Source of the DNA: Paragordius varius
Taxonomy: Eukaryota > Animalia > Nematomorpha
Reading direction: 5' to 3'
DNA: 64,000 bases
NCBI GenBank assembly: GCA_964247055.1
Contig: OZ176056.1
Span: 310,001-374,000 of the forward strand
In this document: positions 25,701 to 41,205 of the stretch, one piece after another
Numbering within the stretch: position 1 is the first letter of the stretch
Layout: every line of letters starts with the position of its first letter
Notes under the pieces: model-generated
What the model saw: only the letters and a program-made list of their open reading frames with translations
The model's database searches: none
Told to the model about the DNA's origin: nothing
Translations under genes and position numbers: made by a program

Positions 25701-27673
25701 CACCGGTGAACAAAATTATTTTTTATATATTCTCTTAGTAGGACTACATCAAAATATAGAGATAGTTTGGCAAACTCTTTTATATCCGATTTTTACAACG
25801 ATACTTTAAAAATTAATGTATAAAACTAGTCGCATCAATACTCAAGTTAAACTTTGTCCTTAAAAATCGAATATTGGTCACCGGTGAACAAAATTATTTT
25901 TTATACATTCTCTTAGTAAGACTACATCAAAATATAGAGATAGTTTGACAAACTCTTTCATATCCGATTTTTACAACGATACTTTAAAAATTAATGTGTT
26001 AAACTAGTCGCATCAATACTCAATTTAAACTTTGTCCTTAAAAATCGGATATTGGTCACCGGTGAACAAAATTATTTTATATACATTCTCTTAGTAAGAC
26101 TACATCAAAATATAGAGATAGTTTTACAAACTCTTTCATATCCGATTTTTACAACGATACTTTAAAAATTAATGTATTAAACTAGTCGCATCAATACTCA
26201 AGTTAAACTTTGTCCTTAAAAATCGGATATTGGTCACCGGTGAACAAAATAATTTTTTATACATTCTCTTAGTAAGACTACATCAAAATATAGAAATAGT
26301 TTGACAAACTCTTTCATATCCGATTTTTACAACGATACTTTAAAAATAAATGTATAAAACTAGTCGTATCAATAAATCGCATCAATACTCAAGTTAAACT
26401 TTGTCCTTAAAAATCGGATATTGGTCACCGGTGAACAAAATTATTTTTTATACATTCTCTTAGTAGGACTACATCAAAATACAGAGATAGTTTGGCAAAC
26501 TCTTTCATATCCGATTTTTACAATGATACTTTAAAAATTAATGTATAAAACTAGTCGCATCAATACTCAAGTTAAACTTTGTCCTTAAAAATCGGATATT
26601 GGTCACCGGTGAACAAAATTATTTTATATACATTCTCTTAGTAAGACTACATCAAAATATAGAGATAGTTTGACAAACTCTTTCATATCCGATTTTTACA
26701 ACGATACTTTAAAAATTAATGTATAAAACTAGTCGCATCAATACTCAAGCTAAACATTGTCCTTAAAAATCGGATATTGGTCACCGGTGAACAAAACTAT
26801 TTTTTATACATTCTCTTAGTAAGACTACATCAAAATATAGAGATAGTTTGACAAACTCTTTCATATCCGATTTTTACAACGATACTTTAAAAATTAATGT
26901 GTTAAACTAGTCGCATCAATACTCAATTTAAACTTTGTCCTTAAAAATCGGATATTGGTCATCGGTGAACAAAATTATTTTTTATACATTCTCTTAGTAA
27001 GACTACATCAAAATATAGAGATAGTTTTACAAACTCTTTCATATCCGATTTTTACAACGATACTTTAAAAATTAATGTATTAAACTAGTCGCATCAATAC
27101 TCAAGTTAAACTTTGTCCTTAAAAATCGGATATTGGTCACCGGTGAACAAAATAATTTTTTATACATTCTCTTAGTAAGACTACATCAAAATATAGAGAT
27201 AGTTTGACAAACTCTTTCATATCCGATTTTCACAACGATATTTTTTTAAAATTATGGTATTAAACCAGTCGCATCAATACTCAAGTTAAACTTTGTCCTT
27301 AAAAATCGGATATTGGTCACCGGTGAACAAAATTATTTTTTATACTCTTAGTAAGACTACATCAAATTATAGAGATAGTTTGACAAACTGTTTCATATCC
27401 GATTTTTACAACAATACTTTAAAAATTATGGTATTAAACCAGTCGCATCAATACTCAAGTTAAACTTTGTCCTTAAAAATCGGATATTGGTCACCGGTGA
27501 ACAAAATTATTTTATATACATTCTCTTAGTAAGACTACATCAAAATATAGAGATAGTTTGACAAACTCTTTCATATCCGATTTTTACAACGATACTTTAA
27601 AAATTAATGTATAAAACTAGTCGTATCAATAAATCGCATCAATACTCAAGTTAAACTTTGTCCTTAAAAATCG
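17920..27673 (+). repeat. 36-monomer-spaced duplication of a ~3.3-kb block (about 17.9-21.2 kb vs 24.35-27.67 kb; offset 6428 bp)
   Basis: ttgttcacc at 18013/24441, atgcattc at 18751/25179, cggaaatt at 19071/25499, tcatcgg at 20531/26959, ctgtttc at 20961/27389. Confidence 0.88.
22227..22390 (+). repeat. 164-bp deletion monomer derived from a 191-bp type (second copy near 57300)
   Basis: gatactttacaataaatcgcatc replaces gatactttaaaaattaatgtataaaactagtcgtatcaataaatcgcatc. Monomer starts 22227 and 22391 are 164 bp apart. Confidence 0.85.
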
Positions 27674-27939
27674 AATATTGGTCACCGGTGAACAAAATTA
27701 TTTTTTATACATTCTCTTAGTAAGACTACATCAAATTATAGAGATAGTTTGACAAACTGTTTCATATCCGATTTTTACAACAATACTTTAAAAATTATGG
27801 TATTGAACCAGTCGCATCAATACTCAAGTTAAACTTTGTCCTTAAAAATCGGATATTGGTCACCGGTGAACAAAATTATTTTATATACATTCTCTTAGTA
27901 AGACTACATCAAAATATAGAGATAGTTTGACAAACTCTT

Positions 27940-29620
27940 TCATATCCGATTTTTACAACGATACTTTAAAAATTAATGTATAAAACTAGTCGTATCAATA
28001 CTCAAGTTAAACTTTGTCCTTAAAAATCGGATATTGGTCACCGGTGAACAAAATTATTTTTTTTACATTCTCTTAGTAAAACTACATCAAAATATAGAAA
28101 TAGTTTGACAAACTCTTTCATATCCGATTTTTACAACGATACTTTAAAAATTAATGTATTAAACTAGTCGCATCAATACTCAAGTTAAACTTTGTCCTTA
28201 AAAATCGGATATTGGTCACCGGTGAACAAAATTATTTTTTATACATTCTCTTATCAAGACTACATCAAAATATAGAGATAGTTTGACAAACTCTTTCATA
28301 TCCGATTTTTACAACGATACTTTAAAAATTATGGTATTAAACCAGTCGCATTAATACTCAAGTTAAACTTTGTCCTTAAAAATCGGATATTGGTCACCGG
28401 TGAACAAAACTATTTTTTATACATTCTCTTAGTAAGACTACATCAAAATATAGAGATAATTGGACAAACTCTTTCATATCCGATTTTTACAACGATACTT
28501 TAAAAATTATGCTATTAAACCAGTCGCATCAATACTCAAGTTAAACTTTGTCCTTAAAAATCGGATATTGGTCACCGGTGAACAAAATTATTTTTTATAC
28601 TCTTAGTAAGACTACATCAAAATATAGAGATAGTTTGGCAAACTCTTTCATATCCGATTTTTACAACGATACTTTAAAAATTAATGTATAAAACTAGTCG
28701 CAGCAATACTCAAGTTAAACTTTGTCCTTAAAAATCGAATATTACACCGGTGAACAAAATTATTTTTTTTACATTCTCTTAGTAAGACTACATCAAAATA
28801 TAGAAAGAGTTTGACAAACTCTTTCATATCCGATTTTTACAACGATACTTTAAAAATTAATGTATTAAACTAGTCGCATCAATACTCAAGCTAAACATTG
28901 TCCTTAAAAATCGGATTTTGGTCACCGGTGAACAAAATTATTTTTTCTACATTCTCTTACTACGACTACATCAAAATATAGAGATAGTTTGACAAACTCT
29001 TTCATATCCGATTTTTACAACGATACTTTAAAAATTAATGTATAAAACTAGTCGTATCAATACTCAAGTTAAACTTTGTCCTTAAAAATCGGATATTGGT
29101 CACCGGTGAACAAAATTATTTTTTTTACATTCTCTTAGTAAAACTACATCAAAATATAGAAATAGTTTGACAAACTCTTTCATATCCGATTTTTACAACG
29201 ATACTTTAAAAATTAATGTATTAAACTAGTCGCATCAATACTCAAGTTAAACTTTGTCCTTAAAAATCGGATATTGGTCACCGGTGAACAAAATTATTTT
29301 TTATACATTCTCTTATCAAGACTACATCAAAATATAGAGATAGTTTGACAAACTCTTTCATATCCGATTTTTACAACGATACTTTAAAAATTATGGTATT
29401 AAACCAGTCGCATTAATACTCAAGTTAAACTTTGTCCTTAAAAATCGGATATTTGTCACCGGTGAACAAAACTATTTTTTATACATTCTCTTAGTAAGAC
29501 TACATCAAAATATAGAGATAATTGGACAAACTCTTTCATATCCGATTTTTACAACGATACTTTAAAAATTATGCTATTAAACCAGTCGCATCAATACTCA
29601 AGTTAAACTTTGTCCTTAAA
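27940..29620 (+). repeat. 6-monomer-spaced duplication (offset 1062 bp)
   Basis: ttatcaag at 28251/29313, with the same order of flanking variants. Ends are approximate. Confidence 0.75.
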
Positions 29621-30059
29621 AATCGGATATTGATCACCGGTGAACAAAATTATTTTTTATACATTCTCTTAGTAAGACTACATCAAAATATAGAAATAGT
29701 TTGACAAACTCTTTCATATCCGATTTTTACAACGATACTTTAAAAATTAATGTATTAAACTAGTCGCATCAATACTCAAGCTAAACATTGTCCTTAAAAA
29801 TCGGATTTTGGTCACCGGTGAACAAAATTATTTTTTATACATTCTCTTAGCAAGACTACATCAAAATATAGAGATAGTTTGACAAACTCTTTCATATTCG
29901 ATTTTTACAACGATACTTTAAAAATTAATGTATAAAACTAGTCGCAGCAATACTCAAGTTAAAGTTTGTCCTTAAAAATCGGATATTGATCACCGGTGAA
30001 CAAAACTATTTTTTATACATTCTCTTAGTAAGACTACATCAAAATATAGAGATAATTGG

Positions 30060-33000
30060 ACAAACTCTTTCATATCCGATTTTTACAACGATACTTTAAA
30101 AATTATGCTATTAAACCAGTCGCATCAATACTCAAGTTAAACTTTGTCCTTAAAAATCGGATATTGGTCACCGGTGAACAAAATTATTTTTTATACTCTT
30201 AGTAAGACTACATCAAAATATAGAGATAGTTTGGCAAACTCTTTCATATCCGATTTTTACAACGATACTTTAAAAATTAATGTATAAAACTAGTCGCAGC
30301 AATACTCAAGTTAAACTTTGTCCTTAAAAATCGGATATTGATCACCGGTGAACAAAATTATTTTTTATACATTCTCTTAGTAAGACTACATCAAAATATA
30401 GAGATAGTTTGGCAAACTCTTTCATATCCGATTTTTACAACGATACTTTAAACATTAATGTATAAGTCGCATCAATGCTCAAGTTAAACTTTGTCCTTAA
30501 AAATCGCACATTGGTCACCGCTGAACAAAATTATTTTTTATACATTCTCTTCGTAAGACTACATCAAAATATAGAAATAGTTTGACAAACTCTTTCATAT
30601 CCGATTTTTACAACGATACTTTAAAAATTAATGTATTAAAAAAGTCGCATTAATACTCAAGTTAAACTTTGTCCTTAAAAATCGGATATTGGTCACCGGT
30701 GAACAAAATTATTTTTTATACATTCTCTTAGCAAGACTACATCAAAATATAGAGATAGTTTGACAAACTCTTTCATATCCGATTTTTTCAACGATACTTT
30801 AAAAATTAATGTATAAAACTAGTCGTATCAATAAATCGCATCAATACTCAAGTTAAACTTTGTCCTTAAAAATCGGATATTGGTCACCGGTGAACAAAAT
30901 TATTTTTTATACATTCTTCTAGTAGGACTACATCAAAATATAGAGATAGTTTGGCAGACTCTTTCATATCCGATTTTTACAACGATACTTTAAAAATTAA
31001 TATATAAAACTAGTCGCATCAATACTCAAGTTAAACTTTGTCCTTAAAAATCGGATATTGATCACCGGTGAACAAAATTATTTTTTATACATTCTCTTAG
31101 TAAGACTACATCAAAATATAGAAATAGTTTGACAAACTCTTTCATATCCGATTTTTACAACGATACTTTAAAAATTAATGTATTAAACTAGTCGCATCAA
31201 TACTCAAGCTAAACATTGTCCTTAAAAATCGGATTTTGGTCACCGGTGAACAAAATAATTTTTTTTACATTCTCTTACTACGACTACATCAAAATATAGA
31301 GATAGTTTGACAAACTCTTTCATATCCGATTTTTACAACGATACTTTAAAAATTAATGTATAAAACTAGTCGTATCAATACTCAAGTTAAACTTTGTCCT
31401 TAAAAATCGGATATTGGTCACCGGTGAACAAAATTATTTTTTTTACATTCTCTTAGTAAGACTACATCAAAATATAGAAATAGTTTGACAAACTCTTTCA
31501 TATCCGATTTTTACAACGATACTTTAAAAATTAATGTATAAAACTAGTCGTATCAATACTCAAGTTAAACTTTGTCCTTAAAAATCGGATATTGGTCACC
31601 GGTGAACAAAATTATTTTTTTTACATTCTCTTAGTAAAACTACATCAAAATATAGAAATAGTTTGACAAACTCTTTCATATCCGATTTTTACAACGATAC
31701 TTTAAAAATTAATGTATTAAACTAGTCGCATCAATACTCAAGTTAAACTTTGTCCTTAAAAATCGGATATTGGTCACCGGTGAACAAAATTATTTTTTAT
31801 ACATTCTCTTATCAAGACTACATCAAAATATAGAGATAATTTGACAAACTCTTTCATATCCGATTTTTACAACGATACTTTAAAAATTATGGTATTAAAC
31901 CAGTCGCATTAATACTCAAGTTAAACTTTGTCCTTAAAAATCGGATATTGGTCACCGGTGAACAAAACTATTTTTTATACATTCTCTTAGTAAGACTACA
32001 TCAAAATATAGAGATAATTGGACAAACTCTTTCATATCCGATTTTTACAACGATACTTTAAAAATTATGCTATTAAACCAGTCGCATCAATACTCAAGTT
32101 AAACTTTGTCCTTAAAAATCGGATATTGGTCACCGGTGAACAAAATTATTTTTTATACTCTTAGTAAGACTACATCAAAATATAGAGATAGTTTGGCAAA
32201 CTCTTTCATATCCGATTTTTACAACGATACTTTAAAAATTAATGTATAAAACTAGTCGCAGCAATACTCAAGTTAAACTTTGTCCTTAAAAATCGAATAT
32301 TACACCGGTGAACAAAATTATTTTTTTTACATTCTCTTAGTAAGACTACATCAAAATATAGAGATAGTTTGACAAACTCTTTCATATCCGATTTTTACAA
32401 CGATACTTTAAAAATTAATGTGTTAAACTAGTCGCATCAATACTCAATTTAAACTTTGTCCTTAAAACTCGGATATTGGTCACCGGTGAACAAAATTATT
32501 TTTTATACATTCTCTTAGTAAGACTACATGAAAATATAGAAATAGTTTGACAAACTCTTTCATATCCGATTTTTACAACGATACTTTAAAAATTAATGTA
32601 TAAAACTAGTCGCAGCAATACTCAAGTTAAACTTTGTCCTTAAAAATCGGATATTGATCACCGGTGAACAAAATTATTTTTTATACATTCTCTTAGTAAG
32701 ACTACATCAAAATATAGAGATAGTTTGACAAACTCTTTCATATCCGATTTTTACAACGATACTTTAAAAATTATGCTATTAAACCAGTCGCATCAATACT
32801 CAAGTTAAACTTTGTCCTTAAAAATCGGATATTGGTCACCGGTGAACAAAATTATTTTTTATACTCTTAGTAAGACTACATCAAAATATAGAGATAGTTT
32901 GGCAAACTCTTTCATATCCGATTTTTACAACGATACTTTAAAAATTAATGTATAAAACTAGTCGCAGCAATACTCAAGTTAAACTTTGTCCTTAAAAATC

Positions 33001-36000
33001 GGATATTGATCACCGGTGAACAAAATTATTTTTTATACATTCTCTTAGTAAGACTACATCAAAATATAGAGATAGTTTGGCAAACTCTTTCATATCCGAT
33101 TTTTACAACGATACTTTAAACATTAATGTATAAGTCGCATCAATGCTCAAGTTAAACTTTGTCCTTAAAAATCGCACATTGGTCACCGCTGAACAAAATT
33201 ATTTTTTATACATTCTCTTCGTAAGACTACATCAAAATATAGAAATAGTTTGACAAACTCTTTCATATCCGATTTTTACAACGATACTTTAAAAATTAAT
33301 GTATTAAAAAAGTCGCATTAATACTCAAGTTAAACTTTGTCCTTAAAAATCGGATATTGGTCACCGGTGAACAAAATTATTTTTTATACATTCTCTTAGC
33401 AAGACTACATCAAAATATAGAGATAGTTTGACAAACTCTTTCATATCCGATTTTTTCAACGATACTTTAAAAATTAATGTATAAAACTAGTCGTATCAAT
33501 AAATCGCATCAATACTCAAGTTAAACTTTGTCCTTAAAAATCGGATATTGGTCACCGGTGAACAAAATTATTTTTTATACATTCTTCTAGTAGGACTACA
33601 TCAAAATATAGAGATAGTTTGACAAACTCTTTCATATCCGATTTTTTCAACGATACTTTAAAAATTAATGTATAAAACTAGTCGTATCAATAAATCGCAT
33701 CAATACTCAAGTTAAACTTTGTCCTTAAAAATCGGATATTGGTCACCGGTGAACAAAATTATTTTTTATACATTCTTCTAGTAGGACTACATCAAAATAT
33801 AGAGATAGTTTGACAAACTCTTTCATATCCGATTTTTACAACGATACTTTAAAAATTAATGTGTTAAACTAGTCGCATCAATACTCAATTTAAACTTTGT
33901 CCTTAAAACTCGGATATTGGTCACCGGTGAACAAAATTATTTTTTATACATTCTCTTAGTAAGACTACATGAAAATATAGAAATAGTTTGACAAACTCTT
34001 TCATATCCGATTTTTACAACGATACTTTAAAAATTAATGTATAAAACTAGTCGCAGCAATACTCAAGTTAAACTTTGTCCTTAAAAATCGGATATTGATC
34101 ACCGGTGAACAAAATTATTTTTTATACATTCTCTTAGTAAGACTACATCAAAATATAGAGATAGTTTGACAAACTCTTTCATATCCGATTTTTACAACGA
34201 TACTTTAAAAATTATGCTATTAAACCAGTCGCATCAATACTCAAGTTAAACTTTGTCCTTAAAAATCGGATATTGGTCACCGGTGAACAAAATTATTTTT
34301 TATACTCTTAGTAAGACTACATCAAAATATAGAGATAGTTTGGCAAACTCTTTCATATCCGATTTTTACAACGATACTTTAAAAATTAATGTATAAAACT
34401 AGTCGCAGCAATACTCAAGTTAAACTTTGTCCTTAAAAATCGGATATTGATCACCGGTGAACAAAATTATTTTTTATACATTCTCTTAGTAAGACTACAT
34501 CAAAATATAGAGATAGTTTGGCAAACTCTTTCATATCCGATTTTTACAACGATACTTTAAACATTAATGTATAAGTCGCATCAATGCTCAAGTTAAACTT
34601 TGTCCTTAAAAATCGCACATTGGTCACCGCTGAACAAAATTATTTTTTATACATTCTCTTCGTAAGACTACATCAAAATATAGAAATAGTTTGACAAACT
34701 CTTTCATATCCGATTTTTACAACGATACTTTAAAAATTAATGTATTAAAAAAGTCGCATTAATACTCAAGTTAAACTTTGTCCTTAAAAATCGGATATTG
34801 GTCACCGGTGAACAAAATTATTTTTTATACATTCTCTTAGCAAGACTACATCAAAATATAGAGATAGTTTGACAAACTCTTTCATATCCGATTTTTTCAA
34901 CGATACTTTAAAAATTAATGTATAAAACTAGTCGTATCAATAAATCGCATCAATACTCAAGTTAAACTTTGTCCTTAAAAATCGGATATTGGTCACCGTT
35001 GAACAAAATTATTTTTTATACATTCTTCTAGTAGGACTACATCAAAATATAGAGATAGTTTGGCAGACTCTTTCATATCCGATTTTTACAACGATACTTT
35101 AAAAATTAATATATAAAACTAGTCGCATCAATACTCAAGTTAAACTTTGTCCTTAAAAATCGGATATTGATCACCGGTGAACAAAATTATTTTTTATACA
35201 TTCTCTTAGTAAGACTACATCAAAATATAGAAATAGTTTGACAAACTCTTTCATATCCGATTTTTACAACGATACTTTAAAAATTAATGTATTAAACTAG
35301 TCGCATCAATACTCAAGCTAAACATTGTCCTTAAAAATCGGATTTTGGTCACCGGTGAACAAAATAATTTTTTTTACATTCTCTTACTACGACTACATCA
35401 AAATATAGAGATAGTTTGACAAACTCTTTCATATCCGATTTTTACAACGATACTTTAAAAATTAATGTATAAAACTAGTCGTATCAATACTCAAGTTAAA
35501 CTTTGTCCTTAAAAATCGGATATTGGTCACCGGTGAACAAAATTATTTTTTTTACATTCTCTTAGTAAGACTACATCAAAATATAGAAATAGTTTGACAA
35601 ACTCTTTCATATCCGATTTTTACAACGATACTTTAAAAATTAATGTATAAAACTAGTCGTATCAATACTCAAGTTAAACTTTGTCCTTAAAAATCGGATA
35701 TTGGTCACCGGTGAACAAAATTATTTTTTTTACATTCTCTTAGTAAAACTACATCAAAATATAGAAATAGTTTGACAAACTCTTTCATATCCGATTTTTA
35801 CAACGATACTTTAAAAATTAATGTATTAAACTAGTCGCATCAATACTCAAGTTAAACTTTGTCCTTAAAAATCGGATATTGGTCACCGGTGAACAAAATT
35901 ATTTTTTATACATTCTCTTATCAAGACTACATCAAAATATAGAGATAATTTGACAAACTCTTTCATATCCGATTTTTACAACGATACTTTAAAAATTATG

Positions 36001-36709
36001 GTATTAAACCAGTCGCATTAATACTCAAGTTAAACTTTGTCCTTAAAAATCGGATATTGGTCACCGGTGAACAAAACTATTTTTTATACATTCTCTTAGT
36101 AAGACTACATCAAAATATAGAGATAATTGGACAAACTCTTTCATATCCGATTTTTACAACGATACTTTAAAAATTATGCTATTAAACCAGTCGCATCAAT
36201 ACTCAAGTTAAACTTTGTCCTTAAAAATCGGATATTGGTCACCGGTGAACAAAATTATTTTTTATACTCTTAGTAAGACTACATCAAAATATAGAGATAG
36301 TTTGGCAAACTCTTTCATATCCGATTTTTACAACGATACTTTAAAAATTAATGTATAAAACTAGTCGCAGCAATACTCAAGTTAAACTTTGTCCTTAAAA
36401 ATCGAATATTACACCGGTGAACAAAATTATTTTTTTTACATTCTCTTAGTAAGACTACATCAAAATATAGAGATAGTTTGACAAACTCTTTCATATCCGA
36501 TTTTTACAACGATACTTTAAAAATTAATGTGTTAAACTAGTCGCATCAATACTCAATTTAAACTTTGTCCTTAAAACTCGGATATTGGTCACCGGTGAAC
36601 AAAATTATTTTTTATACATTCTCTTAGTAAGACTACATGAAAATATAGAAATAGTTTGACAAACTCTTTCATATCCGATTTTTACAACGATACTTTAAAA
36701 ATTAATGTA
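30060..36709 (+). repeat. 23-monomer-spaced duplication (30060-32600 vs 34169-36709; offset 4109 bp) overlapping an 8-monomer duplication (offset 1441 bp)
   Basis: accgctgaac at 30521/33189/34630, cggattttgg at 31230/35339, gtgttaaact at 32420/33861, attcttctag at 33581/35022. Confidence 0.85.
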
Positions 36710-38449
36710 TTTAACTAGTCGCATCAATACTCAAGTTAAACTTTGTCCTTAAAAATCGGATATTGGTCACCGGTGAACAAAATTATTTTTTATACATTCT
36801 CTTAGCAAGACTACATCAAAATATAGAGATAGTTTGACAAACTCTTTCATATTCGATTTTTACAACGATACTTTAAAAATTAATGTATAAAACTAGTCGT
36901 ATCAATAAATCGCATAAATACTCAAGTTAAACTTTGTCCTTAAAAATCGGATATTGGTCACCGGTGAACAAAATTATTTTTTATACCCTTAGTAAGACTA
37001 CATCAAAATATAGAGATAGTTTGGCAAACTCTTTCATATCCGATTTTTACAACGATACTTTAAAAATTAATGTATAAAACTAGTCGCAGCAATACTCAAG
37101 TTAAACTTTGTCCTTAAAAATCGGATATTGATCACCGGTGAACAAAATTATTTTTTATACATTCTCTTAGTAAGACTACATCAAAATATAGAAATAGTTT
37201 GACAAACTCTTTCATATCCGATTTTTACAACGATACTTTAAAAATTAATGTATTTAACTAGTCGCATCAATACTCAAGTTAAACTTTGTCCTTAAAAATC
37301 GGATATTGGTCACCGGTGAACAAAATTATTTTTTATACATTCTCTTAGCAAGACTACATCAAAATATAGAGATAGTTTGACAAACTCTTTCATATTCGAT
37401 TTTTACAACGATACTTTAAAAATTAATGTATAAAACTAGTCGTATCAATAAATCGCATCAATACTCAAGTTAAACTTTGTCCTTAAAAATCGGATATTGG
37501 TCACCGGTGAACAAAATTATTTTATATACATTCTCTTAGTAGGACTACATCAAAATATAGAGATAGTTTGGCAGACTCTTTCATATCCGATTTTTACAAC
37601 GATACTTTAAAAATTAATATATAAAACTAGTCGCATCAATACTCAAGTTAAACTTTGTCCTTAAAAATCGGATATTGGTCACCGGTGAACAAAATTATTT
37701 TTTTTACATTCTCTTAGTAAGACTACATCAAAATATAGAAATAGTTTGACAAACTCTTTCATATCCGATTTTTACAACGATACTTTAAAAATTAATGTAT
37801 AAAACTAGTCGTATCAATACTCAAGTTAAACTTTGTCCTTAAAAATCGGATATTGGTCACCGGTGAACAAAATTATTTTTTTTACATTCTCTTAGTAAAA
37901 CTACATCAAAATATAGAAATAGTTTGACAAACTCTTTCATATCCGATTTTTACAACGATACTTTATAAATTAATGTATTAAACTAGTCGCATCAATACTC
38001 AAGTTAAACTTTGTCCTTAAAAATCGGATATTGGTCACCGGTGAACAAAATTATTTTTTATACATTCTCTTATCAAGACTACATCAAAATATAGAGATAG
38101 TTAGACAAACTCTTTCATATCCGATTTTTACAACGATACTTTAAAAATTATGGTATTAAACCAGTCGCATTAATACTCAAGTTAAACTTTGTCCTTGAAA
38201 ATCGGATATTGGTCACCGGTGAACAAAACTATTTTTTATACATTCTCTTAGTAAGACTACATCAAAATATAGAGATAATTGGACAAACTCTTTCATATCC
38301 GATTTTTACAACGATACTTTAAAAATTATGCTATTAAACCAGTCGCATCAATACTCAAGTTAAACTTTGTCCTTAAAAATCGGATATTGGTCACCGGTGA
38401 ACAAAATTATTTTTTATACCCTTAGTAAGACTACATCAAAATATAGAGA

Positions 38450-39930
38450 TAGTTTGGCAAACTCTTTCATATCCGATTTTTACAACGATACTTTAAAAAT
38501 TAATGTATAAAACTAGTCGCAGCAATACTCAAGTTAAACTTTGTCCTTAAAAATCGGATATTGATCACCGGTGAACAAAATTATTTTTTATACATTCTCT
38601 TAGTAAGACTACATCAAAATATAGAAATAGTTTGACAAACTCTTTCATATCCGATTTTTACAACGATACTTTAAAAATTAATGTATTTAACTAGTCGCAT
38701 CAATACTCAAGTTAAACTTTGTCCTTAAAAATCGGATATTGGTCACCGGTGAACAAAATTATTTTTTATACATTCTCTTAGCAAGACTACATCAAAATAT
38801 AGAGATAGTTTGACAAACTCTTTCATATTCGATTTTTACAACGATACTTTAAAAATTAATGTATAAAACTAGTCGTATCAATAAATCGCATCAATACTCA
38901 AGTTAAACTTTGTCCTTAAAAATCGGATATTGGTCACCGGTGAATAAAATTATTTTTTATACATTCTCTTAGCAAGACTACATCAAAATATAGAGATAGT
39001 TTGACAAACTCTTTCATATTCGATTTTTACAACGATACTTTAAAAATTAATGTATAAAACTAGTCGTATCAATAAATCGCATCAATACTCAAGTTAAACT
39101 TTGTCCTTAAAAATCGGATATTGGTCACCGGTGAACAAAATTATTTTTTATACATTCTCTTAGTAGGACTACATCAAAATATAGAGATAGTTTGGCAAAC
39201 TCTTTCATATCCGATTTTTACAACGATACTTTAAAAATTAATGTATAAAACTAGTCGCAGCAATACTCAAGTTAAACTTTGTCCTTAAAAATCGGATATT
39301 GATCACCGGTGAACAAAATTATTTTTTATACATTCTCTTAGTAAGACTACATCAAAATATAGAAATAGTTTGACAAACTCTTTCATATCCGATTTTTACA
39401 ACGATACTTTAAAAATTAATGTATTTAACTAGTCGCATCAATACTCAAGTTAAACTTTGTCCTTAAAAATCGGATATTGGTCACCGGTGAACAAAATTAT
39501 TTTTTATACATTCTCTTAGCAAGACTACATCAAAATATAGAGATAGTTTGACAAACTCTTTCATATTCGATTTTTACAACGATACTTTAAAAATTAATGT
39601 ATAAAACTAGTCGTATCAATAAATCGCATCAATACTCAAGTTAAACTTTGTCCTTAAAAATCGGATATTGGTCACCGGTGAATAAAATTATTTTTTATAC
39701 ATTCTCTTAGCAAGACTACATCAAAATATAGAGATAGTTTGACAAACTCTTTCATATTCGATTTTTACAACGATACTTTAAAAATTAATGTATAAAACTA
39801 GTCGTATCAATAAATCGCATCAATACTCAAGTTAAACTTTGTCCTTAAAAATCGGATATTGGTCACCGGTGAACAAAATTATTTTTTATACATTCTCTTA
39901 GTAGGACTACATCAAAATATAGAGATAGTT
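38450..39930 (+). repeat. 4-monomer higher-order repeat, two tandem copies (period 738 bp = 178+191+191+178)
   Basis: gtatttaactag at about 38683/39421 and tgaataaaat at 38941/39679. Confidence 0.82.
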
Positions 39931-41205
39931 TGGCAAACTCTTTCATATCCGATTTTTACAACGATACTTTAAAAATTAATGTATAAAACTAGTCGCATCA
40001 ATACTCAAGTTAAACTTTGTCCTTAAAAATCGGATATTGGTCACCGGTGAACAAAATTATTTTTTATACATTCTCTTAGTAAGACTACATCAAATAATAG
40101 AAATAGTTTGACAAACTCTTTCATATCCGATTTTTACAACGATACTTTAAAAATTAATGTATTAAACTAGTCGCATCAATACTCAAGCTAAACATTGTCC
40201 TTAAAAATCGGATTTTGGTCACCTGTGAACAAAACTAATTTTTATACATTCTCTTACTACGACTACATCAAAATATAGAGATAGTTTGACAAACTCTTTC
40301 ATATCCGATTTTTACAGCGATACTTTAAAAAATTAATGTATTAAACTAGTCGCATCAATACTCAAGTTAAACTTTGTCCTTAAAAATCGGATATTGGTCA
40401 CCGGTGAACAAAATTGTTTTTTATACATTCTCTTTTTAAGACTACATTAAAAAAATATAGAGATAGTTTGACAAACTCTTTCATATCCGATTTTTACAAC
40501 GATACTTTAAAAATTAATGTATAAAACTAGTCGTATCAATACTCAAGTTAAACTTTGTCCTTAAAAATCGGATATTGGTCACCGGTGAACAAAATTATTT
40601 TTTTTACATTCTCTTAGTAAGACTACATCAAAATATAGAAATAGTTTGACAAACTCTTACATATCCGATTTTTACAACGATACTTTAAAAATTAATGTAT
40701 AAAACTAGTCGTATCAATACTCAAGTTAAACTTTGTCCTTAAAAATCGGATATTAGTCACCGGTGAACAAAATTATTTTTTATACATTATCTTAGTAAGA
40801 CTACATCAAAATGTAGAAATAGTTTGACAAACTCTTTCATAACCGATTTTTACAACGATACTTTAAAAATTAATGTATTTAACTAGTCGCATCAATACTC
40901 AAGTTAAACTTTGTCCTTAAAAATCGGATATTGGTCACCGGTGAACAAAATTATTTTTTATACATTCTCTTAGCAAGACTACATCAAAATATAGAGATAG
41001 TTTGACAAACTCTTTCATATTCGATTTTTACAACGATACTTTAAAAATTAATGTATAAAACTAGTCGTATCAATAAATCGCATCAATACTCAAGTTAAAC
41101 TTTGTCCTTAAAAATCGGATATTGGTCACCGGTGAACAAAATTTATTTTATACATTCTCTTAGTAGGACTACATCAAAATATAGAGATAGTTTGGCAAAC
41201 TCTTT

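Noticed and set aside
29522-29704. 60-aa ORF (MDKLFHIRF...) from the ORF track
   Set aside because: It starts at TTG, spans just one satellite monomer and has no recognisable domain. It exists only because of a chance combination of monomer variants, and a 178-bp period shifts frame at each monomer.
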